A stretch of 64,000 nt of DNA from Epithemia pelagica (Eukaryota > Protista > Bacillariophyta): assembly GCA_946965045.2 (NCBI GenBank), contig OX337234.1:3100001-3164000 (forward strand), read 5' to 3'. This document shows, piece after piece, positions 1-11,509 of the stretch. The position numbers and the translations under genes are program-made. How positions within the stretch are numbered: position 1 is the stretch's first letter; each line of letters opens with the position of its first letter. A model generated the notes under the pieces. The model did not search any database. It had not been told where the DNA came from and saw only the letters and a program-made list of their open reading frames with translations.

Positions 1-41
1 GCTCGTCCTCCAAGACAAACCACCACCACCTCAACGACAGT

Positions 42-479
42 ATGGTCGTTGACACATTGCTCCCATGGGACACTCCACACAAGAGTCCACAACCACCACC
101 GACCACTGTCAAGGATTCCGAGACAACAAGGACGAGGAGCGACCCAACGACGGATGCCTTGCTCATTCGGCAAGTGGCACTATGGAGTTTGGGAATCCAT
201 CAATTGCGTCTGATTGCCGACTCGATGGAACGTCGATTGCATCAGGCCAAACAAGCCTTGTCACAACAGCAACAATCCAAAACAACCTCCATGACATCCG
301 CAGCACCGTCACGAAGGGAACTCGTGAATGTCATGGCCAGTGAATGTCGAGATGTCTGTCACGACTTGCTGGGACTTCTTCAATTGATTCATTCCTCGTC
401 CTCCTCCTCATCAGTATTACAACAATCACCACAATCACCCATACAATCACCACCATCAGCATCACTATTGGGGGCGTAG
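42..479 (+). CDS. Hypothetical protein (145 aa, Ser/Gln/Thr-rich with helical segments)
   Basis: ATG-initiated ORF with the low-complexity composition typical of host genes in this window. No recognisable domain. Confidence 0.45.
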   Translation: MVVDTLLPWDTPHKSPQPPPTTVKDSETTRTRSDPTTDALLIRQVALWSLGIHQLRLIADSMERRLHQAKQALSQQQQSKTTSMTSAAPSRRELVNVMASECRDVCHDLLGLLQLIHSSSSSSSVLQQSPQSPIQSPPSASLLGA

Positions 480-1955
480 ACCAAACATACTACTAGACAT
501 ACTTTAGAAAACACCGACCCACAGGATGTCAACACTTTCAAACTGCTTCGTCTTCTTCGTTCGGAGATGTCAATGGTCGTGCGATCATTCGACGGATCTG
601 CACTGTCCCTCCAGGAGGACACCAAAAAACCTTGAGGATGTCAACAATGGCGAACAAAATAGCTCAAGATATTGTCAGAGAGCGCAGCGCCGATTTGTCA
701 CTTCTAATCCTTCAAGGAGACTGGCTCTGAAAGCAACAAGAGGTAGATGAGTAATACTGGAGATTCTTCAGCGTGCTCCTCTAGCCGAGATTCGACCCGA
801 TCCGATCGCCTACTCATCCAGGACATGATGCTGTCATCGTCCGTTACTTGACAAGTATTGTATGGGACGGAGGGTTCGTGACAACCTGGGTGTCATTGTC
901 TCATTCCGAGAAGATTGACTGGGAGGGTTCAATCGTGACAGTCGCCCCAGAATCCGAACATCAAGGATACACGAAAGCCATAAGAAGGAGCAGCTGGTCC
1001 TTGTCCTTTGGCTGTTCGGTTCCATCCAAACTTCTTCTTCAGATGTCCCTGCAATCATGGCGTTAATAAGAAGAAGACTTTCTTTGGAGACAACAAGAAG
1101 GCCAAATGCTCTGTTTGCGAAGTATTCTCTTTCTAGGAGCCTGAATTCCCATTCTCCTTGCTGTACGAATAGAAAAATGAGAAGCCATTGCGAATTGCGA
1201 AGGACGAGGGGTAGTGGGCCTAGCTTTTGTTGTGTTGGGGTAGAGCGTGATGATGATGGTGGGCGTCCTTGCGACCGGTCGTAAGTCCCGAGTTGGGACT
1301 GGCGATAGATGCGTACGCACAGTCGCATGGTCTGCCCCGAATCGCTTGGGAGTTTAAAATTTCCCCCAGGATGGATGGCGTGGATACCGTTGCTCGCATA
1401 GACCCTGGCGTCTGGCGAGCTTACGTGTCCCACTCTCGGATGACCGCACACTCCACATCCCATCGTTCAAGACTAGTTTGCAGTCGTCGCCGTGTACGAT
1501 AGTGTACACGTGTCGGCATCCAAGCAAAACGAAGACACCACGAAAGTGTCGGGGGGTCGTTCGCAGTTCCATTGAAACCGATCAAGTGTAAGGGCCTCTC
1601 GTTCCGTGTTACTATTGGATTGACAGTCCATGACAGTGCTTCGCAAAGCCGTAGCGGTTCCGACCGAAAACCCGATTGGAGTGGCACTGCTTTTCATTGG
1701 TTGAAAGGTTCGTGCGTGCATTTGCGAACGGTGCCTCCCACGAAGGGAATCTCGTCTTATTATTTTTTTGTCCACTCTAGAAGACAAAAGCGAAACTCGC
1801 TCTTTGAATTGCGTTCGGGCACCTCCTCCCTCCTCACAACCAAGCAAAAAAAGGACTCTTTGGTTTCTTCTGCCATTTCTTGCGTACCAATCTCCTTTTC
1901 ATCACCATCCACCCATTCTCATTATCCTTTTCTCATCATCAACATCATCAACATC

Positions 1956-2642
1956 ATGGTTCAACATCAAAGAGTGAAGAAGGCCGTCTTTTTAAGCATG
2001 GCCCGTACAGTCTCTCGATCCTGCAAAAGCATTGCCCATTTGCATCCTCCCGTCAGTGCCACCGAGTTTTCGTCCCCGGACGAACCCGCACATGTGGATG
2101 CCGCCAAACAATCGTCGTCGTCGTCATCATCCTGGAGAGGTATGAGTCCCTTGTTGCTCTTGTCGGGCCGATCGGCCGTCGACGATGCCGTGGTTTCGAC
2201 TTCTACGACGGACGCCAAGAAACAGGCCCATCACGAACGCTTTACGAGTTCTGCGCGCAGAAGTGGATCATTGGACGATGACCACTCGCAAGGGACGCGT
2301 CAAACCGTCTTGACCCATGAAGACGAACGACACCAACAGGCGAAACGACAACGGCGACAACAACAACTACAACAACAAGAGGATGACTTGTTTTATGATT
2401 CGAGCAACGATGGAGATTCGGACCACAGCCGCCACTTGGAAACGACAACGACAACTGCTCAGGAATTGGACGAAGAAGGACGCAAAGCCTACTATCGCCG
2501 TCAAGTGGAAGAAGACCTCAAGGACATTGCGCAACAACGAAGAGTCTTTTATCGCATGCAAGTGGCCCAAGACTTGCGTGTGGCCATGGCCCAATTACAA
2601 CAAGAACAACAAGCCGGCAGTGGCATGGCCATGGCCCAGTAA
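1956..2642 (+). CDS. Hypothetical protein with two tandem C-terminal (Y/F)YRxQVx(E/Q)DL motifs
   Basis: First ATG at 1956 within ORF 1572-2642. C-terminus reads RKAYYRRQVEEDLK...RRVFYRMQVAQDLR, and the motif is shared with the gene at 9900-10790. Confidence 0.65.
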   Translation: MVQHQRVKKAVFLSMARTVSRSCKSIAHLHPPVSATEFSSPDEPAHVDAAKQSSSSSSSWRGMSPLLLLSGRSAVDDAVVSTSTTDAKKQAHHERFTSSARRSGSLDDDHSQGTRQTVLTHEDERHQQAKRQRRQQQLQQQEDDLFYDSSNDGDSDHSRHLETTTTTAQELDEEGRKAYYRRQVEEDLKDIAQQRRVFYRMQVAQDLRVAMAQLQQEQQAGSGMAMAQ

Positions 2643-3064
2643 CTGCTCGTGCAGTGGTAGTTTCTCCATTGGCGCTGTTGTTCGGTAGCGACGAGGGGTT
2701 TGCTCCGTGCCGTGCTCCGAGCTCCTTTTGAGTGTAGTCACTAGTTATACAAATAATAAACCGTTTTTTATACACCACATCCTCTACTATTCGATGAACG
2801 AGCCTGTGTGTCACTGGGTATCCTTGCTCGTTCAGAATAGAAACATCAACGAATCGTATCTTTTGCCATTCACTATGGATGAAAGCACCCAAGACGTCGT
2901 TGGAGAAAGTCCATTGAGGACTCGCACCGTCGCACAAGCCGTCCATGGAGGAATGCATTGCTGCACCTCTTTTACGATTTTCATCCAGCCTGAGATACGA
3001 TTTCATTCTACTAGTAGTCTACAATAGTAGCTGAAGACAAAAGCGTTCGGTGGCCGTCGGTTCA

Positions 3065-3090
3065 TGGTTGGTTGGTTGGTTGGTTGGTTG
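3065..3090. repeat. (GGTT)n microsatellite
   Basis: About six tandem GGTT units. Confidence 0.85.
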
Positions 3091-3807
3091 ATACTTGATT
3101 ACATGGTTCGGGTAGGTCTGACACGTTCTGACAAGAAGGATCGTCCCAAGACATGGTATTGTTCTCATTCGATATTCTAAATCTCCTGACACGATTCTTC
3201 TCATCCATTGTCGCCGTGTGTCATACCGACCGAATCCCTGTCACCCTGTAAGGCGAACAAATGGTTGACTAGGACATATCTACGACCAATCGCACTTGTG
3301 CAAATTAACTGTATGGCGTCGGCTAGAAAGTCAATCGCATTGATCGCCTATCTACTAGTTTTGGAGTCTCGGGTACCATCAAAATTATCATCAAGCTATG
3401 TTTCTATGGTCGCAACCAACATTGTTGGTCGACTCTACTTCTTGGATCCATCCAACACAGCGGTCATCTCTTGTCTATTGTATGGCCCGAGAGAGTATCC
3501 TTCGTGTACCATCAAGTTCAACCAGCCACCCACTCGGAACATGACATCATCGTGACATACGTTTTCATAAATTACGTCCAGAAATTTCGGAGGAGCCTTC
3601 GTGTCCATCCAATTTTTTCATTGGGTAGCTAGGTCGAATCTTTACACTCCAAGGAGAAACAGAGCGACCAGCACGACCATGGGGACAAGATACAAAGGTT
3701 CCTTCTTCTTTCTCACGAGACACTTCTCTCAATCTCAATCATTACAGTCCAAACAAAACTGGCATTCCGTAAAGTCTCCTGTTGGTACTCTAGTAGATAG
3801 TTTGGAA

Positions 3808-4614
3808 ATGTCAGACTCGTCAACCGACAGCAAGAAGCGTCGTTCGACCGGTGAGACCCCAACGAATCATCCGGATCGTCACGTGGCAGCATGTGCCTCC
3901 CCCGAAACGGACCTCGGTGATGACGACAACAAGGACGACACTAAAAACGCCAAAGCACCGACGACAAACAACAGCAACAAGAAGACGAAAAACTCCACCA
4001 CAACAACAACGACAAGAAGGACGGAAAAACCACCCAAGACTGTCTTGGACAAGATTGTGTATGCGATTCGACATCAACCGACGACCACGTCCAAGGGTGT
4101 CTCTCGCGTCGCCTTGTGCAAATACTTGAAATCAGAATGGAATTGCGACAATGCATCCGCAATCAAAAAGGCCTTGAAACAGGGCGTCGACAAGGGATAC
4201 TTGATTCAATCGGGACAAAGTTTTCGTGTGGCGGGCGATCCCATCCCCGAACCAACCGAACCGGAAGCACGAGTCGAAATCCAAACCATGAAACCAGGAG
4301 GATCGAGCCAGGATGGTACAACAGGCGCCCAACACGGGGATACGGTCGTTGTAAAATACAAGGGTACCTTGTCGAATGGCCGTGTCTTTGATGCTGCGCC
4401 ATCCTTTGAATTTGTCTTGGGGGCGGGGGAAGTGATTGCTGGATGGGAACACGGCATTGCCGGTATGATGGTGGGCGAAGTCCGACAATTGATTGTCCCA
4501 CCCAAGTTGGGGTATGGCAAGCGAGGGGCACCACCCGAAATTCCACCCAATGCCACTCTCCACTTTACCGTGACGCTCCGGAACCGAATCCCACCACCCC
4601 CCAATACACGATAA
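3808..4614 (+). CDS. FKBP-type peptidyl-prolyl isomerase with an N-terminal linker-histone H1/H15-like globular domain
   Basis: ATG at 3808. H15-like segment LDKIVYAIR...GVSRVALCKYL...IKKALKQGVDKGYLIQSGQSFRV. FKBP motifs GDTVVVKYKGTL.NG.VFD, FVLGAGEVIAGWEHGIAGMMVGEVRQLIVPPKLGYG and IPPNATLHF. Confidence 0.85.
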   Translation: MSDSSTDSKKRRSTGETPTNHPDRHVAACASPETDLGDDDNKDDTKNAKAPTTNNSNKKTKNSTTTTTTRRTEKPPKTVLDKIVYAIRHQPTTTSKGVSRVALCKYLKSEWNCDNASAIKKALKQGVDKGYLIQSGQSFRVAGDPIPEPTEPEARVEIQTMKPGGSSQDGTTGAQHGDTVVVKYKGTLSNGRVFDAAPSFEFVLGAGEVIAGWEHGIAGMMVGEVRQLIVPPKLGYGKRGAPPEIPPNATLHFTVTLRNRIPPPPNTR

Positions 4615-5185
4615 TAAGAAGCAATACACACTGGGAGAACCAATCAGGACAAAGGGACTCTCTAAATGAAGTTCATGAAGAAGAAGAAGATTCTATCAAG
4701 ACCACGGAGCACCCTTGCGTTGTACCGTATTCAAAGGACAATGGTGTGGAATATTCGTTGTGATGAAGACAAATGACTGTCATGACGGCAGATCAAAAAA
4801 TTGATCCAAAGTTTCACGATTCAAACATCCAAAGCTATATATTAGCCGAAGAAACGCGCAAGAGAAATGTTACAAACGTCACGGCTATCTGAATCAGAAA
4901 AGGAAATTGGTAATGTTTTCCCCTCTTGTGTTCAGCCTCGAACACTCCAGACCGATTTATCTCCAGCACAGTGCAAAACGGAGAACGCGAGAAAGAAAAG
5001 TGCCACCATGTCCCAACCAAGCTGGAAAGAATGACGTTGAGGTACTTTGGCTTTTTCTTGTCGAACCAACCAACCAATATAGGATATACGTTCTGAACCG
5101 GCGGCTGTCCAGTGAACCAACGAGTGGTCGATCGAGGTTGCTCCGTTTTGGGATCCTGTTCCGTCGAGAGTTTTTTGAGTGCGTC

Positions 5186-5803
5186 TTATAATACGAGGAG
5201 AATGGATTCGGAGAAGGACAAGACCATTCCCAGGAGGACTGCGCATCCATGGGCGACCGTGGTAATGGGTTCGGCGGTCCACGCATAATACAGGACTCCC
5301 ACGGCATTGAGAACTCCCAACCCCCATTCCAGCGTCCGAATCGTTGTGGTGGTTGTTGTTGATGTCGACGGATGATTCCTATTGTTAGGGCCTCGAACCA
5401 AGGGCGTTGTGGTTGTCGTCGTCGTAGCAGTGGCAGGTGGGTGTGGGTCGTGTTGGGTCGAATCTCGTGACACCATTCGGGATTTGTGCAGATACCAACC
5501 AACACAGGCACACCACACAATGGAAATTCCGGAACAGGCCAGAATCAAACACAAGCCAATTTGAAAGGCCATGGTGAAAACCAGGGATGCCATGGGAATC
5601 GCCACCTCGTGTTGGTAGTGTGAAGACGACAATGTTTGTTGTTGTTGTGGAACCGCCACCCACAACCACCAATAGACCAAGGTCGACACGTTGAGTGTGA
5701 GCAAGGTATAATTAATGGCCATGTCCAACGTACTTCCACCATAGGTTACGATACAACCAATGTTTTCGACAAGATGAGACGGATCCGTTCCACACTCATC
5801 CAT
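5186..5803 (-). CDS. Hypothetical multi-pass membrane protein
   Basis: ATG at 5803 (MDECG). About five hydrophobic segments separated by Thr-rich loops. Confidence 0.6.
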   Translation of the reverse strand: MDECGTDPSHLVENIGCIVTYGGSTLDMAINYTLLTLNVSTLVYWWLWVAVPQQQQTLSSSHYQHEVAIPMASLVFTMAFQIGLCLILACSGISIVWCACVGWYLHKSRMVSRDSTQHDPHPPATATTTTTTTPLVRGPNNRNHPSTSTTTTTTIRTLEWGLGVLNAVGVLYYAWTAEPITTVAHGCAVLLGMVLSFSESILLVL

Positions 5804-6342
5804 ACTGATGTAGTGTATATGGGAATGCAACAACAACAAGACCAACAATACAAAAAGACGATGGATGGATGTGTGGTTCGATCTTTATATGGTGCCAGGG
5901 TCGTCACGACGTTGTTTGGATCTTTTGTCCAAAATGTGGTCAGTGATCTTTTTCACACCAGTCGCAGAACAGGCATAAAGATTCGGAGAGTGATCTGAAA
6001 TCTGAACCCATGTTGACCACCATGGTGACCGGAAGGGTAAGGCACAGATCTCTCGTCCACTACTCCATGCATGACTCCGTGAACTGTCTGTTCTTGGACG
6101 GATCCGTGGATTCATGCGAGCTGGAAGGAATGGGCGAGAGAGTTTGAAAATTTTAAGTTGTTGCATGTGCTTGCTCACATTCGGTAACGACCAACATTAT
6201 TTTACGAGAGGAAGATTCGAATTCTACCTACTGGATCCCAAAAAAAAGATGAGGAGGACGTTTGCCAGTGTCGCTTTCATTTCTTGAAAGCAAATTGCCC
6301 AGTCCACGACACCAGAGCGTTTGAATCCGTGACAAGAACACC

Positions 6343-6864
6343 ATGGCTCGTACAACCACAACGACGACAAGTTTTGCTCAGACACCTCCGAGGCCAATGA
6401 CGAGGCCCAATCCAAGCGGGCATTATACTTTGGGACCGGTTCGGTCTGCCGCAATCAGTCCAGTACCAGGAGCAGGACAAGAGGATGAAACACTGGAACA
6501 AGCCAAGCATCGTCGTGACATTCAATCCGAGAAAAAACGGGCCGCCCGTCTTCGCGCTCGAGACATGCTTCAAGGCAAGTCCGTCAAGGAACCCAAAGAC
6601 TATCTGGGCCCCAAGTCCCTCTTGGCCTCGCAGCCGTATTATACGCCGCCCCGTACCAAGGTAGTATCCTCCAATAACCACCAGCACCAGCACCATACGC
6701 GCACTACCAACGACACCCAGAATCATCCGGTTGTCAAACACGAAACTGTCAACTCCAATTCGGTGGTGACAACGAAAACAACGACGACCACTACGACAAC
6801 AACAACTACTACGACCACCAACGAACCATCGCCCCGACGCACGCGAAGTCACAAGCGTTATTGA
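6343..6864 (+). CDS. Hypothetical basic protein, paralogue of 7671-8507
   Basis: ATG ORF of 173 aa. Shares a ~45-aa block (EQAKHRRDIQSEKKRAARLRARDMLQGKSVKEPKDYLGPKSLLA) with the next gene. Confidence 0.65.
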   Translation: MARTTTTTTSFAQTPPRPMTRPNPSGHYTLGPVRSAAISPVPGAGQEDETLEQAKHRRDIQSEKKRAARLRARDMLQGKSVKEPKDYLGPKSLLASQPYYTPPRTKVVSSNNHQHQHHTRTTNDTQNHPVVKHETVNSNSVVTTKTTTTTTTTTTTTTTNEPSPRRTRSHKRY

Positions 6865-7670
6865 CTTGGCGCTAAACATGCATCGAGTAACCACTGACAC
6901 AAAAGAACTGAAAAAACCGACCAATTGCATTGAAACATTCAACCATCATACCCATGTCTCTCATCATCACCAACAGCATCATCAGTCCACACTGGACAGG
7001 AACATTGAATCAAGAATAAACCCTTGGGACGTTTTGTTCTGCCTAGGCGAAATCTTCGCTACATTAATCCATACTAACGAAAAGTAATACACACACTCAT
7101 AGGAATACTTGCCACTGCACAAACCTGTTTTCGATAAGAACTTTACATGTCTCGCGAAAGAAGTATCTGTCCATTCTGACTTCAGAATGAACAATCATAG
7201 AATTGTCCTTATGATTATGCGTGAGGTCCGAGATTTTTCAGTGAGAGTACTACACAGTGGTCAGTGTTCTGTCCAGTCGCGTACGATTTCCCTTCCTTTT
7301 TTCGTTCGGCGACAATGACGAGAGAGAGACACAAGATCCGCGTCGCTAAAAGCCATTGCAATCAATTCGTGGATAAATGAGTTGTTGCTCCCTTCGCATC
7401 GATCCAAGACATGACCAAGAGTGAAGCACCAAAGAGAAGTGAGGATGGAACGACTTCGATGGCCATTCCAAAATTTGTATGTGCGTGACTTCTCGGATGG
7501 TTGTCACACTCGGGAGCGATTCAAAACCAACAACCATTGACCACCATCCCACGCAATTCTACTCACAGATCAAGCCACACGTCGGTACAATTTTGACGCA
7601 CACAGACAAACGCGGAGAACCTCGCCAGTGGTCGTATCATTGACGACGACAACACAACAACAACAACAAC

Positions 7671-8507
7671 ATGTCTCGCACGGGGGATCGTCGTCATTCT
7701 CGTACTCCTGTGCAACCACAGCAAGTTCAGCGTACTCCACCCCGACGCAACTCCCATGTAACTGCTTCCGCTTCGTCAGAGACCGCACAAGGTGAATCAA
7801 CCGAACAAGCTCGTCATCGTCGGGCACTGCAAGCGGAGAAACGTCGAGCGGCGAGACTTCGAGCGAGGGACTTTCACCAAGGCAAGAATGTCAAGTCGCC
7901 AGAGCAGTACCTTTCGCCTTCGTCGCTCTTGGCCAAATCGTCGCCTTCCGTGAAAGCCTCTTCCTCCGTACGTGCTAGCGTGTACGGATCAGCCGCCTCC
8001 AAGAAACCTGGCCCGGTCTTTTCCAGTACAGGACATGCTCGTACACCACGTCCCGGTTATTCCACAAGCGATGAAGAAGAGGAGGAGGAAGACCAAGAAC
8101 ACTACAAAGATGCTCGCCGCGATAGTACTGGAAGTAATGCCGTTTACTACGAAGCCATGCAGGAGGAGGAAAGCAATCTGGAACTTCCCCTTGATTTGGC
8201 ATCTCTCTCCTTTTCCAGTCCGGCCGCTGTGGCCGTGCAAGAGAATCAAGCCAAACTTGAGCGCATCAAGGAGGAATGGGCTCGCATGTCCGATACCTTG
8301 CGCAAACGGGCCTGTCAGATGGAACTGCAATTGGCCAGTTTGGAAGACAATCATGGAAATCACAATGGTTCCCCGTATGCCTCCATGCATCGGCGAATCA
8401 ACGGCACCACGACACGAGAACAATTGGAATTCTTTTCGCGAGAACGCAAAACCCTCTGGAAGGATCTCATGACGCTGACGCAACAAGTCCACGCGATTGG
8501 AGAGTAG
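7671..8507 (+). CDS. Hypothetical protein with the shared basic motif and a C-terminal coiled coil
   Basis: ATG ORF of 278 aa. Contains EQARHRRALQAEKRRAARLRARDFHQGKNVKSPEQYLSPSSLLA, an acidic tract and a heptad-like C-terminus. Confidence 0.7.
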   Translation: MSRTGDRRHSRTPVQPQQVQRTPPRRNSHVTASASSETAQGESTEQARHRRALQAEKRRAARLRARDFHQGKNVKSPEQYLSPSSLLAKSSPSVKASSSVRASVYGSAASKKPGPVFSSTGHARTPRPGYSTSDEEEEEEDQEHYKDARRDSTGSNAVYYEAMQEEESNLELPLDLASLSFSSPAAVAVQENQAKLERIKEEWARMSDTLRKRACQMELQLASLEDNHGNHNGSPYASMHRRINGTTTREQLEFFSRERKTLWKDLMTLTQQVHAIGE

Positions 8508-9899
8508 ACCAGCATGGGAATGCTACGAGACGAGATAAGCCTTGAAAGACGTGGTGGGATCACGAGCTCCGTCATCGTCTGATTGCTTGTCACGAAAGTA
8601 TCTATTTGGAATAGAGAGTTGGTACTACCATAATGTACTAGCTGCTCCAAACTATGTTTCATGTGCTGACTGACTGATGCACCCGCAATGGAATAGGATT
8701 ACGAATACATACAACAGGTGGAATTCGAAAGACTTTGCATCTGTCGTCTTCTTGTCGATCTGAGAGACAAACAGGGAATCCTCTTCTTTCTATGATTGAG
8801 CACCAGTTCTGCAACATGGAAACAGAAACTATTCCTCCTATGGAAGGAGCGGATGCATACGTTATGCAACGATCTCTTCCTCTACCGTCGAAAAGGTGTG
8901 GAGGCAGCTAAGGAAGTCCCGGGAGACCAATCAGGCGTATGGCGCATTCAATTTTCCGCGACCAGATAAAAAGCCCAGTCAATTCCAGCTGACGAGTTGT
9001 TCTTCATTCCTCCGCAACTGCAATGGAGCGCATCTTTCACCACAAAATTTGCAATTGCAATTGCATCTCATCCCTTGCTTGTCTTTTGGGTGTCTTTTGC
9101 GCACTATGTTCAACGGAGGCAACCTCATGCCTCATGTACGGGAGTAGCGAGCAGATGGGGAAAGACAGGAACAGTTGCTTCAAATCGATGAAAGTGCAAA
9201 TCGTATCCAAAAGTGGGTGAGGTGGACAGGAAGTTCAAATGAAATTGCAACAATTATTTGACGTGTGGCAGAGGGCGAAACGACATTGTCCAACCACAAG
9301 CAACGGCACCATCCGTCCACGACATTCAATCATTGGCACTATGCACCAAAGACATGGAAACCAATTGCAAACGGTTCCTCGCACCATTGGACCTCATGGA
9401 TTCTTCCGTGGCCACGATGGTACGAAGAGGAATGGGAAAGCTTCATGGGATCGTCTCTTCAATGAATGCTAGGAAGGTGTTAGAGGAACGTAAAATAGAA
9501 TCTTGTCATTGCTTTGGCAACGCTTCTACCTAGTCATTAAACCAATGTTGTCGAAGAAAATGAATCTGGGAAGCTAATTTAATTGATCGGGCGGAAAGGT
9601 TCCCTTCTTCCATGGATCTATGGCATCCGCGTTTCCCCTCTTTTGTTTGAAGGAGGAGAGGCGCAGGACCGAGGATTGCACGACGGCAAGTTCTGAATGG
9701 TCATGAGTATCTGTTGCTGGATTCGATGAGTTACCATGTGTGTGTATGCATGTGCTGAAGAAGATTGAATGAGGTCAAAGTGCGTTACAGTGCAATTATT
9801 GGTATCGAGAAATGAATTGCTATGGAAACAAAGATTCGCCATTGCTGGAATCTTTGTCAATGAGAATATTTTGTGCAATAGCGGCAAGGCACTTAGCCA

Positions 9900-10790
9900 C
9901 TAGTCTTGCTGCGTGGATTCGTTCGCCTTCATGAGGCGAGCAGCCTTGCGGAGATCTTCTTGGACTTGGATGCGGTAGTACAGCTTACGAAACTCCTTGA
10001 GCTCTTGATCAGACAACAAGCCTTGCTTCTCCAACTCCTCCATGTCCCAAAAGTATTCTTCTTCCGCCTCTTCCTCGACGTGCTGTTCTTCTTCGTGTTC
10101 CTCCTCCTCCTCGTGATCTTCTTCTTCGTCGTCCTCTTCTTCGTCATGCAAGAGAGGATCGTGTTCTTCGGTGGAGGCTGTGCTACTGCCACTGCTGTTT
10201 TCCCATGTGGCCGCTGCAGCTCCTCCATTGTCGTCAATAATGGTGGGATCGTCCAAAATCATGACCACCTTTTGGGGGGGAACACGAGCCACTTTTTTCT
10301 TGATTTTCTTGATCCATTTTCGTCTCCTTCGTTGAGGAGATGGTTTCTTGAGGACCGAGCAAAGACCAGGAGGACTGTTGGGTGCGGCGGCTGCCAGTGT
10401 GGCTCGAGTGGGAGACACCACTCCATCCAGAGTGGCACTCGTCGTGGTGGATCGAGTCACAGATGTACTAGAATCACGAGATGAAATGGTCCGAGACGGT
10501 GAAGAAGCAATGGGATCTTGGAGAATGGCTGCTCGTGACTTGAGAAGTAACGAGGGCAAGGAAAAGGGTCGTCTCGTCGAAAGGCTGGTGTTCGAGCTCG
10601 AAGATACCACTTGTTGTCTTCTTGGAGTTGGAACAAGTGCAATGAGTTTGTTTCGATAAAATGCAGCAATCAAACCTTGAGGTTTTTCACGCTTCTCATA
10701 ACTGTCCGTGGTGTCGTTGGTTTTGTAGTTGTTTCGAGCTGCCGGTGGTTTGGCAATTCGATGATACGAACGAGTCAATGTACGAGCCAT
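9900..10790 (-). CDS. Hypothetical protein with a basic NLS-like patch, poly-acidic tract and YYRxQVxEDL motif
   Basis: ATG at 10790 (MARTL). Contains QRRRRKWIKKIKKK, an E/D-rich tract and C-terminal RKLYYRIQVQEDLRK. Confidence 0.7.
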   Translation of the reverse strand: MARTLTRSYHRIAKPPAARNNYKTNDTTDSYEKREKPQGLIAAFYRNKLIALVPTPRRQQVVSSSSNTSLSTRRPFSLPSLLLKSRAAILQDPIASSPSRTISSRDSSTSVTRSTTTSATLDGVVSPTRATLAAAAPNSPPGLCSVLKKPSPQRRRRKWIKKIKKKVARVPPQKVVMILDDPTIIDDNGGAAAATWENSSGSSTASTEEHDPLLHDEEEDDEEEDHEEEEEHEEEQHVEEEAEEEYFWDMEELEKQGLLSDQELKEFRKLYYRIQVQEDLRKAARLMKANESTQQD

Positions 10791-11509
10791 GGTGCCAATC
10801 GAATCCAATCCAATCCAAAAACAATTGTGCCAATGAACAAATCTTTACTTTCTTGACACCCTTTGTCGCCTTGCAGATCAAGGATTCGTTCTTGCAGTTG
10901 GTAGTAGAAGGTAGAAGGAGGGAGAGGTCAAAGGACGATAGACTCGGGCTTCAGAATCTTTTCAGGCGTGGATGGAACTCGCGTGAAGCCCAAACCGAAC
11001 GACACCGAATACTTTGTTGATGGGGTGTCTTTGTGGAGGCAAATTCCCACGTAATACTACTAAAAGGATCGAGAATTGTGCGAGACAACCCAACATCATC
11101 GGATGATTCATGATACCTTTGTTCTTGTATTGCAAGGAATGGAAACTATGACATGGATTCACCCGCATTGGCCAGCTGGATTCCGTTCTTTTGACATTGG
11201 TTGACGTGGAGTGACGACAAGAGGTGCAGCTGGTGAAAGATGCTGTATAATTATTTATCCGAACCATCTGTTGATGTCGCTTGTACTTTTTCTCTCACAC
11301 TATATTGTCTTTTGGCCGATGCGAAGAGCGATCAAGACGCGATCGAAAATATTGATCTTATCTGATAGCTACATAGTCTACCCCACCAATAATAAACAAA
11401 GGAGTACTCGAGGAGCCTCTCTAGAGATGGAGAAGAAGTAGATAGAGCGTACTACTTCCTCCCCTGTTAGGCCTAGGTAGGAGTTACTCCTATATCCACC
11501 ATATCCACC

